A stretch of 64,000 bases of DNA from an uncultured Aminicenantes bacterium (lineage in GTDB: Bacteria > Acidobacteriota > Aminicenantia > UBA2199), in contig CBDAFS010000031.1 in NCBI GenBank assembly GCA_965195285.1, positions 125,262 through 189,261 on the forward strand. The letters run 5' to 3'. The notes beneath the pieces are model-generated. The model ran no database searches. It saw only the letters and a program-made list of their open reading frames with translations, and was not told the DNA's origin. The position numbers were made by a program, and so were the translations under genes. This document shows, piece by piece, positions 20,401-30,113 of this stretch (position 1 is its first letter; every line of letters begins with the position of its first letter).

Positions 20401-21263
20401 CATTTGCCCTGCGAGGTTCCAATGTCAGATGTAAGTTTTTGATTTCTGATGATACATGGCCTGTGGAAGTTGATGAAGGACAGATTAGTCAAGTTATAAA
20501 TAACCTAACTATGAATGCTGACCAGGCCATGCCAGCAGGAGGAGTATTAAATATATCTGCAGAGAATATAAGCATTGACATAGAAGAATCTCTTCCTATT
20601 AAAAAAGGAAACTATGTAAAAATAACCATCAAAGACATAGGCGCCGGTATACCGGATGACTGTATACAAAAAATATTTGATCCCTATTTCACAACAAAAC
20701 AAGAGGGAAGCGGACTGGGGTTGACAATTACTTACTCAATTATTAAAAAGCATAACGGGTATATTACTGTAAAATCAAAACCGGGAGTTGGAACAACATT
20801 TTTTGTTTATCTTCCGGCTTCTGAAGAAAAAGAACCATCAAAAGAAAAAAAGAAAAAAATACCACTTCAAGTTGGAAAAGGGAAAGTCCTGGTAATGGAT
20901 GATGAAGAGTCGGTTAGAGATATTGCCGGGGAAATGCTAAAACATATTGGCTATACGGTGGAGTTTGCAGAAGATGGAAAAGAAGCTTTAAAACTATTCA
21001 TGAAGGCTAAAGACTCCGGAGCTCCATACGAGGTTATGATTTTAGATTTAACGGTAGCCGGTGGGATGGGAGGCAAGGAAACGATTAAGGAACTAAAAAA
21101 GATTGATCCCAACGTAAAAGCAATAGTATCCAGCGGTTATTCGGATGATCCGGTTCTGTCAAATTTCAGAAAGTATGGTTTTTCAGAAGTAGTCTCAAAG
21201 CCATACACTATTCAAGAACTCAGCGCTGTATTGAATAAAGTTTATCAAAAAAAATCCATATGA
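17448..21263 (+). CDS. Hybrid sensor histidine kinase: periplasmic Reg_prop propellers, Y_Y_Y, TM, PAS, HisKA, HATPase, REC
   Basis: QDSKGYIWFGT repeats, YKYKLEGYDKEW..YTNL, GGIAHDFNN, GSGLGL, VLVMDDE. Confidence 0.93.
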   Translation: MNDSIKIFVIILLILFLNLSAQQLHIKNYTTDNGLPSSQVWCSLQDSKGYIWFGTSNGLVKYNGKRFFTYKVSDGLVSSVVLALLEENGNIWIATDNGISCYNGKSFTNHISNNDLNFGIVWCISKFQGCLWFGTKRQGLFKFDPAGAEDNVFSNYSAKEGLYLSSIFSLAADDNHLWIANAHTGLFMYDGKNFLDYTKSFNLENKTLTNLLIVDSTLLVGTAKNGLFELDLNRLPDRMAKSKKVANYFPTDYIYYLAAKKENLFLGTRGSGLIHYKDRPIRYTTANGLINNFIYSILIDKENSVWITTNKGISKIISHKFIKYVDNMSVLSACEFKSAIWLGTFENGLIRIEGDKITTYNQNGFFNPSHIWVLGVFDNKLWIGGMSGLYSYDGNKFKKYRRKNGIAEEGVLSLLPTVKSLWVGTVNKVYKFEPHKLKDKFLTYGSEDGLTNTYFQTICQDGNKIWVGSPGGAFCLDLKEGGGFKKFSKKDGLSSNCINVIFKDNKGILWFGTSNGLNKYEPDKEKKFSVYTIENGLSDNHIVSIIQKGKYLWLGTSNGLNKFDGENVIKIFTQKSGLIGNESSSPNAMFLDSNNHIWIGSPKGVTKYIPENDIPNKVPPPVYIENFFMNNSLVGDEQDLEFEYKKNTVKFSYIGLSFQNEDDVRYKYKLEGYDKEWSEVTEKDEVRYTNLNNGTYTFMVFARNGDGFWSKTPAEISFKILPPFWKSWWFVIIVALMLVGIVYVVFILKTTQMRNRAKKLEQKIDERTKVLKDSEEKYRTLIEHSNDMIWTLDEKGNFSYFNKKSEEITGHQIEEGIGGSFAPIILEEDLEKVQKVFIGAMQGKPQHYEVRIYDSKKRILFLSVNTAPIFKNGKVIGTISFGRDITKQKKMEEELLKASKLESLGILAGGIAHDFNNTLTAVIGNLSLAKLQVDSKDKLNNTLMKIEKSSQQARDLTQQLLTFARGGTPIKKKIFVNDLLKDSASFALRGSNVRCKFLISDDTWPVEVDEGQISQVINNLTMNADQAMPAGGVLNISAENISIDIEESLPIKKGNYVKITIKDIGAGIPDDCIQKIFDPYFTTKQEGSGLGLTITYSIIKKHNGYITVKSKPGVGTTFFVYLPASEEKEPSKEKKKKIPLQVGKGKVLVMDDEESVRDIAGEMLKHIGYTVEFAEDGKEALKLFMKAKDSGAPYEVMILDLTVAGGMGGKETIKELKKIDPNVKAIVSSGYSDDPVLSNFRKYGFSEVVSKPYTIQELSAVLNKVYQKKSI

Positions 21264-23464
21264 AAAAACATAACTATTTTTTAATTCCTTTTCTTATTTT
21301 AAGTATTAATCTGTTCTCTCAGACCAATATCGATAGTCTGGAAAAAAGATTATCCCGATTTACCGGGACGAATGAGGAAAAAGTTAATATTTTAAATAAA
21401 TTGGCAAAAGAGTATCTGAGTACATCACCTGAAAAATCAATAGAATACGGACAACAAGCCTTGACATTATCAAAACAATTAAATTTCCTTAAAGGACAAG
21501 CAAAATCTTTAGAAAACATTGGAATAGGGCATTCTTATCTGGGCAATTACAATAAGGCTTTGGAATATCTTACCAAATCATTAACAATAAGTGAAAAAGC
21601 AGGATATATAAAAGGGGTTGCCGACACGGCAAAAAATATTGGAATTAATTATCGAAAATTAAGCAATTATGATATGTCGTTAGAGTATTATTTAAAATCG
21701 TTAAAAAAATATGAACAAATTAAAGATAAAAATGGGGTTACCGATGTTTTAAACAACATAGGAATTGTATATGGAAAATTAAGTAATTTTGATAAGGCGT
21801 TAGAATATTTTCTTAAATCATTAAAAATGTATGAAGAAATGGGTAATAAAAAAGGTATTTCTTTTTCTTCAATTAATATTGGGAATGTCTATTATTTCTC
21901 AAAGAAGTATAACAAGGCATTGGATTATTTTCTAAAGTCCTTGAAGATTTTAAAAGAGCTCGGGAACAAATTCGGTATTGCCAGTTCTATGAGTAATATC
22001 GGAGAAATTTATCAACAATTAGGTGATTACGATAGGGCTTTGGAATATTATTTGAAATCATTAAAAATAGTAAAGGAAATCGGAGATAAGAACATCATTG
22101 TCATTAACTTAATCGGTATTGGAAATCTTTACTTAGAAAAGAAAAAGTATGACAAATCATTACAATATCTTGAGCAAGGGTTGACATTAGCAAATGAAAT
22201 TGGAGCAAAAGATTTAATTCAGGAAATCTATAAGGTCTTTTCTGATTTGTATTCGAGAAAATCCAATTACAAAAAGGCTTTAAAATATTATTTGCTTTAT
22301 TCGGAAGTAAAAGACAGTATTTTTACCAAAGAAAGCAACAATAAAATTGCAGAAATGCAGACTAAATATGAGACGGAAAAGAAAGAAAAAGAAATCGAAA
22401 TATTGCGCAAAGACAAAGAAATTCAAAATTTCGAGATAATTCGCCAGAAAAATGTTCGCAACTCATTTATTGCTATTTCGGGATTAATTTTGGTTTTAGT
22501 TTTAGTGATTTACAGTCGTTATCATACCAAAAAGAAAGCAAATAAAATGCTTTCAGAAAAAAATATTCAAATTACCAAGCAAAAAAATCAGCTATCTCAA
22601 ACTTTAGCCGAATTACAAGAGACTCAGAAAATATTAGTTGATACTGCACATCGAGCGGGAATGGCCGAGATTGCCAGCGGATTGCTCCATAATATAGGAA
22701 ATGTACTAAACAGCGTTAAGGTATCCTCTCAACTTATTCAAGAAAAAATAGAAAAATCAAAGGTTAATGAATTACAAAAGGTGCTTGACTTGATGAAGCA
22801 GCACACAACCGATCTCAGTAATTATATGACTTCAGATGAAAAGGGGAAAATGCTTCCGGCTTATTTAATAAAAGTAGGAAAAATACTGAATGATGAACAA
22901 AATAGCCACCTGAATGAACTATCCATTTTAGGCAGTGGTTTAAATCACATCGAGGAAATTGTAACTGTTCAGCAAAATTATGCAGGTGTCTCAGGTGTTG
23001 TGGAATTAATCACTTTATCAAATATAATGGACGATGTTTTAAAGATGTATCAAGACACTTTTAAAAAACATATGATTGAAGTGGTCAAGCACTATAAGGA
23101 GCTTCCCCCTGTTCTGGTTGAGAAAGGAAAATTAATGCAGGTTTTTGTCAATCTCCTGAAAAACGCGCAGGAATCTCTGGTTTCAAAAGGTGATAAAAAG
23201 AAGGTAATTACCATAAACATTTCAGAAGACGAAGAAAGGAAACATCAGATAGTTGAAATCGTTGATAATGGAACTGGAATAAAAAAAGACCATGTTAAGC
23301 AAATATTTTCTTTTGGGTTTACTACTAAAAAAGGCAGTCAGGGTTTAGGCCTTCATACCGGTGCTTTGACAATGGCTGAGATGGGAGGTAAAATAGTCGC
23401 ATTCAGTGAGGGAGAAGGACGGGGGGTTACATTTACTGTGATCTTACCGGAAAACAAACAATAA
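21260..23464 (+). CDS. TPR-repeat membrane sensor histidine kinase
   Basis: Multiple ALEYYLKSL TPRs, TM segment, GLLHNIGNVLNS H-box, FTTKKGSQGLGLH. Confidence 0.9.
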   Translation: MKKHNYFLIPFLILSINLFSQTNIDSLEKRLSRFTGTNEEKVNILNKLAKEYLSTSPEKSIEYGQQALTLSKQLNFLKGQAKSLENIGIGHSYLGNYNKALEYLTKSLTISEKAGYIKGVADTAKNIGINYRKLSNYDMSLEYYLKSLKKYEQIKDKNGVTDVLNNIGIVYGKLSNFDKALEYFLKSLKMYEEMGNKKGISFSSINIGNVYYFSKKYNKALDYFLKSLKILKELGNKFGIASSMSNIGEIYQQLGDYDRALEYYLKSLKIVKEIGDKNIIVINLIGIGNLYLEKKKYDKSLQYLEQGLTLANEIGAKDLIQEIYKVFSDLYSRKSNYKKALKYYLLYSEVKDSIFTKESNNKIAEMQTKYETEKKEKEIEILRKDKEIQNFEIIRQKNVRNSFIAISGLILVLVLVIYSRYHTKKKANKMLSEKNIQITKQKNQLSQTLAELQETQKILVDTAHRAGMAEIASGLLHNIGNVLNSVKVSSQLIQEKIEKSKVNELQKVLDLMKQHTTDLSNYMTSDEKGKMLPAYLIKVGKILNDEQNSHLNELSILGSGLNHIEEIVTVQQNYAGVSGVVELITLSNIMDDVLKMYQDTFKKHMIEVVKHYKELPPVLVEKGKLMQVFVNLLKNAQESLVSKGDKKKVITINISEDEERKHQIVEIVDNGTGIKKDHVKQIFSFGFTTKKGSQGLGLHTGALTMAEMGGKIVAFSEGEGRGVTFTVILPENKQ

Positions 23465-23473
23465 TAAGGAAAA

Positions 23474-25927
23474 ATGGTTATAAATAAAAGTATAAAAAAT
23501 AAAAGAATATTAATCATCGATGATAATAAACAAATTCATCTGGATTTCAAAAAAATATTACTTATTTCCAAAAGGGAGGAAAGTGACCTGGTCAGACTGG
23601 AAGAAGCTATACTGGGAAAAGAAGAAAAGAAAGAAGATGAAACATTCATCATCGATTGTGCATTTCAGGGGGAAGATGGTTTAAAGAAGGTTAAAGAGTC
23701 GCTTAAGAAAAACGAACCCTATGCCGTTGTATTTGTGGATGTGAGGATGCCGCCGGGTTGGGATGGCATCGAGACAATATCCAGGATCTGGAAAGTGTAT
23801 CCCGATTTGCAGGTTGTAATCTGTACAGCTTATTCCGATTATTCTTGGGAAGAGATAATAAAAAAATTAGGTTATTCAGACAAACTTTTTATTTTAAAGA
23901 AGCCTTTTGACAACATAGAAGTCCGGCAACTAACCTATGCCCTCAGTAAAAAATGGGAACTCACCATGATCGCCAATTTAAATATGTCTGAACTGAATAA
24001 AAATATTGAAATGAGAACAAAAGAGTTGAGTGACTCAGAAGAAAAATACAGAACATTAATTGAGCATTCCAATGATATGATTTGGACTCTGGATAATAAA
24101 GGTCACTTTGCTTATATAAATAAAAAATCAGAAAATATAACCGGGCATAAGGTTAAAGATGCGATCGGTGAGTCATTTGTACCTTTAATTTTTGAAGAGG
24201 ATCTACCAAAAGTTGAGAAAGTCTTTAAAAAAACACTGCAGGGGAAGCCCCAGCATTACGATGTTAGGATTTATGACAGTAAAAAAAGACTGTTATTCTT
24301 ATCTGTAAACACAGCACCAATTTTTAAAAAAGGAAAAATGATAGGAACTGTCAGCTTTGGAAGAGACATAACCGAGCAAAAGCAGGCAGTGGAAAACCTT
24401 CGTAAAAATGAAGAAAAATATCGCTTGATAAGCGAAAATACCAGTGATTTAATTATAAAATCTACATTCACATTAAATCCGGTTTTCACCTATGTCAGTA
24501 ATTCAGTAAAAAGTTTTGGTTATGAACCTGAAGAACTGATTGGAACGCCATGTTTTGATATTATTCATCCTGATGATAAAAAAAACCTATTTCCCCTGTT
24601 AAAAAAATATATTAAAAAAATGGGAAAAGATTTTTTTGGTATTAAGGGTTCAGAGATCTTTGAAAAGGTTGAATTCAGGTCGAAAGACAAATCAGGGAAC
24701 TGGCATTTTATGGAAAGCACGGTAAATTTCATAGACTCTGAAATATTATATATTGCCAGAGATATTACAGAGCGTAAACAACTCCAGGAAGAAATGTTTA
24801 AGGCACAGAAACTCGAATCCATTGGTATTCTTGCCGGAGGCATAGCTCATGATTTTAATAACATTCTAACCTCAATTATCGGGAATTTATCCCTGGCAAA
24901 ATTGGAAGTAGATTCAAAAAATAAACTCGATAATATTTTGACAAAAATTGAAAAATCCTCACAGCAGGCACAGAATTTAACTCAGCAATTACTCACATTT
25001 GCCAGAGGAGGAGTACCGTTAAAAAAAGTGATTTCACTGATTAACTTAATAAAAAATTCAACACTATTTGCCTTGAGAGGATCCAATGTCAGTGGCGAGT
25101 TTTTGATTTCTGACCATCTCTGGCCTGTAGATGTTGATGAAGGACAGATTAATCAAGTCATAAATAACCTAATTATTAATGCTGACCAGGCAATGCCCGG
25201 AGGAGGGGTAATAAAAGTTGGTGCCGAAAATATTGTTATTGATGCCACACAAACTATCCTTATTAAAAAAGGAAAATATGTAAAAATAACCATAGAAGAT
25301 CATGGAATCGGAATTTCAGAAGATCATCTGCAGAAAATATTTGATCCCTATTTCACCACAAAACAAAAGGGAAGCGGGCTGGGATTGGCCATAACTTACT
25401 CAATTATAAAAAGGCATGACGGGTACATAACTCTTGAGTCACAAATTGGAGTTGGAACAACATTTCACATTTTCCTTCCGGCATCGAAAAAAAAGTTGTT
25501 TGCAAAAGAAGTGCAAAAGAAAAAGTCACTCCAGGTTGGGAAAGGGAAAGTCCTGGTAATGGATGATGAAGAGTCGGTTAGAGATGTTGCAGGAGAGATG
25601 CTAAGACGTATTGGCTGTACTGTTGAGCTTGCAAAGAATGGCAGAGAAGCTTCAGAATTCTTCATGGAGGCAAAAAACTCCGGGATTCCATTTGATATTG
25701 TAATTTTAGATTTGACTGTTCCTGGTAGCCTGGGAGGCGAGGAAACAATTAAGGAATTGATTAAGATTGATCCCAAAGCAAAAGTAATAGTTTCCAGCGG
25801 TTATTCGGATGATCCGGTCCTGTCAAATTTCAGAAAGTATGGTTTTTCAGGAATGATCTCAAAACCATACAGGATTCAGGAACTTAGTAAAGTTATAAAT
25901 GAAGTCTTAAAGGTTAACAAAGAATGA
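23474..25927 (+). CDS. Cytoplasmic hybrid kinase REC-PAS-PAS-HisKA-HATPase-REC
   Basis: FVDVRMPPGWDG receiver, two PAS domains, GGIAHDFNN, C-terminal receiver. Confidence 0.92.
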   Translation: MVINKSIKNKRILIIDDNKQIHLDFKKILLISKREESDLVRLEEAILGKEEKKEDETFIIDCAFQGEDGLKKVKESLKKNEPYAVVFVDVRMPPGWDGIETISRIWKVYPDLQVVICTAYSDYSWEEIIKKLGYSDKLFILKKPFDNIEVRQLTYALSKKWELTMIANLNMSELNKNIEMRTKELSDSEEKYRTLIEHSNDMIWTLDNKGHFAYINKKSENITGHKVKDAIGESFVPLIFEEDLPKVEKVFKKTLQGKPQHYDVRIYDSKKRLLFLSVNTAPIFKKGKMIGTVSFGRDITEQKQAVENLRKNEEKYRLISENTSDLIIKSTFTLNPVFTYVSNSVKSFGYEPEELIGTPCFDIIHPDDKKNLFPLLKKYIKKMGKDFFGIKGSEIFEKVEFRSKDKSGNWHFMESTVNFIDSEILYIARDITERKQLQEEMFKAQKLESIGILAGGIAHDFNNILTSIIGNLSLAKLEVDSKNKLDNILTKIEKSSQQAQNLTQQLLTFARGGVPLKKVISLINLIKNSTLFALRGSNVSGEFLISDHLWPVDVDEGQINQVINNLIINADQAMPGGGVIKVGAENIVIDATQTILIKKGKYVKITIEDHGIGISEDHLQKIFDPYFTTKQKGSGLGLAITYSIIKRHDGYITLESQIGVGTTFHIFLPASKKKLFAKEVQKKKSLQVGKGKVLVMDDEESVRDVAGEMLRRIGCTVELAKNGREASEFFMEAKNSGIPFDIVILDLTVPGSLGGEETIKELIKIDPKAKVIVSSGYSDDPVLSNFRKYGFSGMISKPYRIQELSKVINEVLKVNKE

Positions 25928-27432
25928 TTTATTCTAAATTTAAATCAATATTATTTCTTTTCTTTTTTTTGGGAGTCTTTTCTGTTATTGAGGCAAGAGA
26001 TACCATTATTTACCTGCAACCTTCGGATGTGATCACACTCGATCCAGGGGAAGCCACCGATTTCTATTCTGCAGAGGTGATTTCAAATATTTTTGAAGGA
26101 CTTGTTAGATTTAAAGCAAATTCCTTTGTTATTGAACCTTGTTTGGCAAGCCGGTGGGAAATCAAAGAAAATGGTAGAAAATGGGTTTTTTATTTGAGAA
26201 AAGGAATAGAGTTCCATAATGGAGAAACTTTTAATTCCGATTCGGTTGTCTATTCATTTTTAATTCGAATGAAAAAAAAAGAAAGAGATTATAATAAATG
26301 GAATTTTTTATACTCTTTTATTTCCAGCGTAAAAGCTTTAGATGAATATAAAATAGAAATCACGCTTGTTAAGCCCTTTATACCCTTCCTGACCATTTTA
26401 GCAGAAACCACCAATTTTATCATTTCGACTGATTCTTACAGGGATAAAGCTTTTATTCCGATAGGTACCGGACCATTTAAATTTTCAAAGTGGACAAAAG
26501 GTGAATCTTTAGTAATTGAGAAAAACAATAATTACTGGAGTGAGAGTGCAAAAATTTCCAAGGTGGTTTTCAAGGTTGTAAAGGATCCTCAGTGGAGAAT
26601 CCTTCAAATAAAAAATAAAAATGCTGATATTATTTCTATTGGATCAGCAAAAGAATATGATGAATTGGTAAGAAATAAAGAAATTAAATTTAAATCTATC
26701 ACTTCCCTATCTGTACATTATTTAGCCTTTAATACAAGTAAAAAGCCTTTTGATAAGCTTGAAGTAAGAAAAGCTATCGCTCATATAATAAATAAAAAAA
26801 TACTGATTACTTCAATTTTTCAAAACTTGGCAATCAATGCAACAACACCTTTACCGCCTCATCTCTTCGGGTTTAATAAAAACATCAAAGACTACAGTTT
26901 TGATATAAAGAGAGCAAAAACCTTACTTGAAAAAGTTGGTTATCAAAAAGGATTTGCAACCACTCTCCATTTTTCAGGTGAGACAAATTTCTTAGATAAG
27001 TTCATAAATAGACTCATTTTAAATACAAAATTAATTGATGTAAAAATAATCAAAAAAAGGCATTCTTTTTCTGAATTAAGAGAAATTGCCAACAGGGGAG
27101 AACATAATATGCTGATTTTAGGATGGACAGCAAGTCCTGATCCTGATCTGTTTCTATTTCCACAATTCACCATGAAAAAAGGAAATTTTAACAGAGCCTT
27201 TTATGAGAACCCTATACTGACTGAAATCCTTGAAAAAGCCAGAGAAACACTTTCTATACCTGAGAGAGCGCGACTTTATATGAAGGCACAGGAGATCATT
27301 CATAGAGATGTCCCATGGATTCCCCTCTTTCACTTATGTATTACAAAGGCATATAATAATCAAATTATTGATTTAAATATAAATCGATTGGGATTTCTTG
27401 TTTTTAAAGATTCCTATTTCAAAAACCAATAG
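25924..27432 (+). CDS. ABC transporter substrate-binding protein, family 5 (DppA/OppA-like), with no adjacent permease
   Basis: TLDP, IFEGLV, FYLRKGIEFHNG, PIGTGPFKF, VRKAIAH motifs. Confidence 0.88.
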   Translation: MIYSKFKSILFLFFFLGVFSVIEARDTIIYLQPSDVITLDPGEATDFYSAEVISNIFEGLVRFKANSFVIEPCLASRWEIKENGRKWVFYLRKGIEFHNGETFNSDSVVYSFLIRMKKKERDYNKWNFLYSFISSVKALDEYKIEITLVKPFIPFLTILAETTNFIISTDSYRDKAFIPIGTGPFKFSKWTKGESLVIEKNNNYWSESAKISKVVFKVVKDPQWRILQIKNKNADIISIGSAKEYDELVRNKEIKFKSITSLSVHYLAFNTSKKPFDKLEVRKAIAHIINKKILITSIFQNLAINATTPLPPHLFGFNKNIKDYSFDIKRAKTLLEKVGYQKGFATTLHFSGETNFLDKFINRLILNTKLIDVKIIKKRHSFSELREIANRGEHNMLILGWTASPDPDLFLFPQFTMKKGNFNRAFYENPILTEILEKARETLSIPERARLYMKAQEIIHRDVPWIPLFHLCITKAYNNQIIDLNINRLGFLVFKDSYFKNQ

Positions 27433-27433
27433 G

Positions 27434-27544
27434 GGATCGGTATACATCTATGATCCGGAAACCGGTGAGTGGAAAGTGATCAATCCCTCCGGCTCCTTGG
27501 CCTACAATTACCTGTCCCGTGATGAGTGGGGCTGGCTGGATTGA
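27434..27544 (+). pseudogene. Probable C-terminal gene remnant
   Basis: GC-richer frame GSVYIYDPETGEWKVINPSGSLAYNYLSRDEWGWLD* starting right after the AT-rich SBP stop. Confidence 0.4.
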
Positions 27545-28212
27545 AGCGTATGGTGTCTCTGGAATTCCGGGTTATTTTTAAGGATTTTGATGATGAATTC
27601 CACCCGTCTGTTTTTTTGTCTGCCTGCGGGATTGTCCGATCCGTCCTCTTTCTGGTTGGGTGCAATCGGTTTGGTCTCACCGTATCCGAATATCCCGAAC
27701 GAGTTCCCGGGTAGTGTCGAATTTTTGATGATCCAGTCTTTTACCGATTGTGCTCTTTTCAGCGATAATTTGTGGTTATAGGCTTCGCTTCCCCTGGAAT
27801 CGGTATGCCCGCTGATGTTGATTCCAGTGCTTTTATAGGCATTGATTAATTTAACCACTTTTTTCAATTCGGCTTCGGCATCTTTTCTGATGTTCCACCG
27901 GTCAAAGTCAAACAACACATCCCCGGACATGGCGATCTTTATCTCGGTATCGGTTATGGTTGCATTCAGGTCTTTCAGATTTTTATTTATTTCCTTTTGA
28001 TCAAAATTCAATTCGGAAACAACTCCGATTATGGCCACCACTTTGGATGATAAGGTCAATGCCCCCCGGTCCGGTCCCAGTGTTTTTAAGGCCTTTATGG
28101 CTTTGGGGTGGGCATCCGGGGGTATCAAAGAATCCTGTTCTGCTTTTGTGTTGATGGTGATACAGATGATGAGAATAAAAATTAATCCGATCAACCGTAG
28201 TTTGTTTTCCAT
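27508..28212 (-). CDS. OmpA-like peptidoglycan-binding domain protein
   Basis: VLFDFD, GHTDSRGSEAYNHKLSLKRA, GYGETKPIAPN, NRRVE. Confidence 0.9.
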   Translation of the reverse strand: MENKLRLIGLIFILIICITINTKAEQDSLIPPDAHPKAIKALKTLGPDRGALTLSSKVVAIIGVVSELNFDQKEINKNLKDLNATITDTEIKIAMSGDVLFDFDRWNIRKDAEAELKKVVKLINAYKSTGINISGHTDSRGSEAYNHKLSLKRAQSVKDWIIKNSTLPGNSFGIFGYGETKPIAPNQKEDGSDNPAGRQKNRRVEFIIKILKNNPEFQRHHTLQSSQPHSSRDR

Positions 28213-28226
28213 TTTATTTGTTATTT

Positions 28227-28682
28227 TTAAGTCAGTTTTATTTCCTCAAAGGGTAAAAAACCGGGAATTGAAATGGATATTGATTCGGGGTTGTCAACGG
28301 GCAACGGAAACTTGGCCCAGATATTTTTTATTTTCTGTGGCTTGATCCAGGATTCGAACCGGCCGCCCGAGCCATCGGAACTGAAGGGGCCGCCAATGCA
28401 TTTGGCTTCCGAATCTTTCAAGATATAGTATTTTTTTTGATTGGCTTCATCGATGATATAAAAATCTTTAAAATGAAAATCCAGTTTTACACTTTCATTA
28501 CCGTTGTTTCTAATCTTGATCTTGACAGTAATGATGTTGTTTTTAATCGTCAGTCCGGTGAGTTCGGCAACAATATCTTCATTATCGGTTGATTCCTGGG
28601 TCTGAATGATACCGGCGTTGAGAGAGCCGAATCCGAAAACCAGAATAAACATCAGCCATAGGACTCCGTTTTTTAAATTCAT
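28227..28682 (-). CDS. Secreted hypothetical protein co-transcribed with the OmpA-domain gene
   Basis: GAGGAGG RBS, signal peptide, WAKFPLP...ISISIPGFLPF; Ig-like beta pattern. Confidence 0.7.
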   Translation of the reverse strand: MNLKNGVLWLMFILVFGFGSLNAGIIQTQESTDNEDIVAELTGLTIKNNIITVKIKIRNNGNESVKLDFHFKDFYIIDEANQKKYYILKDSEAKCIGGPFSSDGSGGRFESWIKPQKIKNIWAKFPLPVDNPESISISIPGFLPFEEIKLT

Positions 28683-28868
28683 TTTACCTCCTCTATGGAA
28701 ATTCATATTTGATAAATATTCAATCGGGTCATTATTCCCATAATAAAGTATAGATCATTGCCTGTCAAGAGCAAGCGTGTGGGGCAGAAACCGTCCCCTG
28801 TTTTCAACTTAGGATTCACTGGTACTAATTACTGGCCCCCAAATCCCATTGAAATATTATGTCGTGGA

Positions 28869-29828
28869 TTAAAATTCTATGGTTTTTGATTTTTCGTGTG
28901 GTTGAGCGGCTTTTGAACCGGCTGTAGCTGCGGCAATCTTTCCGCCCCCGAAACTGTCCATGGGATAAATAATAATGGTTGAACTTTCTTCTTTGGAAAT
29001 CTCCAGGAGTGCCTGAATCTGCCTCAACTCCATGGTTCCCTCCTGGGTTGACAGTATTTGACTGGCTTCTGAAAGTGAAGTGGCTACCTTTTTTTCAGCT
29101 TCTGCTTGAATTTGTTTTGCCTGGGAGCTGCGCTCTGCCCGGGCCATAACGGCTAATTCCTCAATAAGAGAAGGGGGAGCAAAAATATCGGTTATCCGCA
29201 CTGCCCTGACATTCACACCATAATCCTTTGCCGCTCCATCGATCTCACTCTTCAAACTGGAAGCAATAGTTTCGGTTTCGCTGAGCAGGGGTCTCAGGTC
29301 ATTTTTACCGATAGTACTTTTTAATGCCTCCATAGAAGCCCATTCGGTGGTTTTCCAGTAATCTTTAACCCGGATGGCCGCTTTTTCCGAATCTTCAATT
29401 TCCATTTCCACGGCAGCCGTCACATCAATCGGGACATTATCCTTGGTCAGTGTTTTGGTCGCTTTTACCTCATAGGTAGTGATTCGAATATCGATAATAC
29501 GGGCAATGGAGTAGATAAATGGCGGTATAATAAAAAAGCCCGGGCCTCTGACACCCACAGATTTTCCCAGGCGAAGCAAAACCAGCCTCTCCCATTCGGG
29601 CAGGATATAAAACATGCGGGCAATGGTATTGGCCACCCAGAGGATAACCAGGGTTATGACCACACCAGCAAAAATCCGACCGGGAGAAGGTTCTTCTCCA
29701 ATTTGCTTAAAGCTGGAAAAAATATTCCTGAAAATCGGCCAGGCAAATATGTACCATAAGGGGATAGCAATTCCCCAGCGAAAAACATTACGGATAAATG
29801 TTTGAACGGGATTACGTTTTTGTAACAT
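28869..29828 (-). CDS. SPFH/Band 7 (stomatin/slipin) family protein
   Basis: WERLVLLRLGK..GPGFF, IDIRI, TLTKDNVPIDV. Confidence 0.9.
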   Translation of the reverse strand: MLQKRNPVQTFIRNVFRWGIAIPLWYIFAWPIFRNIFSSFKQIGEEPSPGRIFAGVVITLVILWVANTIARMFYILPEWERLVLLRLGKSVGVRGPGFFIIPPFIYSIARIIDIRITTYEVKATKTLTKDNVPIDVTAAVEMEIEDSEKAAIRVKDYWKTTEWASMEALKSTIGKNDLRPLLSETETIASSLKSEIDGAAKDYGVNVRAVRITDIFAPPSLIEELAVMARAERSSQAKQIQAEAEKKVATSLSEASQILSTQEGTMELRQIQALLEISKEESSTIIIYPMDSFGGGKIAAATAGSKAAQPHEKSKTIEF

Positions 29829-29973
29829 TTTTTCCTCCTTTTCCTTTTTTGTACTGTTCTTTTAGGAAATTCAAATGTTATTATGTTACCGCATAAAAAA
29901 TACTCGATTTATTCATAGATCTATTTTAAGAGGAAATCAAACCAAAATCAACCCAAACACTGCCCCCCATTAC

Positions 29974-30002
29974 TTGACAAAAAATTATATTTGGTGTAAT
30001 TT
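29974..30002 (+). promoter_or_regulatory. Sigma70-type promoter for the riboswitch/TBDR operon
   Basis: TTGACA-17 bp-TAATTT directly upstream of the riboswitch. Confidence 0.6.
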
Positions 30003-30004
30003 TA

Positions 30005-30112
30005 AAATTCATACTCCGAGCCTTGTTTGCTAACGCATCCCTGCCAGGCAACTGGGCCGATAGGGCATAAAGGGAAACCTTTATCGCCTGCCGTGTTTGC
30101 AAAGGAGGATTT
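30005..30112 (+). promoter_or_regulatory. Moco-class (molybdenum/tungsten cofactor) riboswitch
   Basis: CTCCGAG 5' end, CCAG-GCAA-CTGG GNRA hairpin, GGGCATAAAGG-GAAA-CCTTTATCGCCT stem, and 3' GCCTGCCGTGTTTGCAAAGGAG (consensus GCCTCCCGT...GGAAAGGAG with a compensatory change); P1 CTCC/GGAG sequesters the RBS. Confidence 0.78.
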
Positions 30113-30113
30113 T

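Noticed and set aside
28345-28365. tRNA T-loop-like GGTTCGAATCC on the - strand
   Set aside because: It lies inside a credible CDS (GRFESW) and no cloverleaf can be formed around it.
30027-30113. N-terminal extension of the TBDR given in the ORF track
   Set aside because: This stretch is the riboswitch; the RBS and signal peptide point to ATG 30114.
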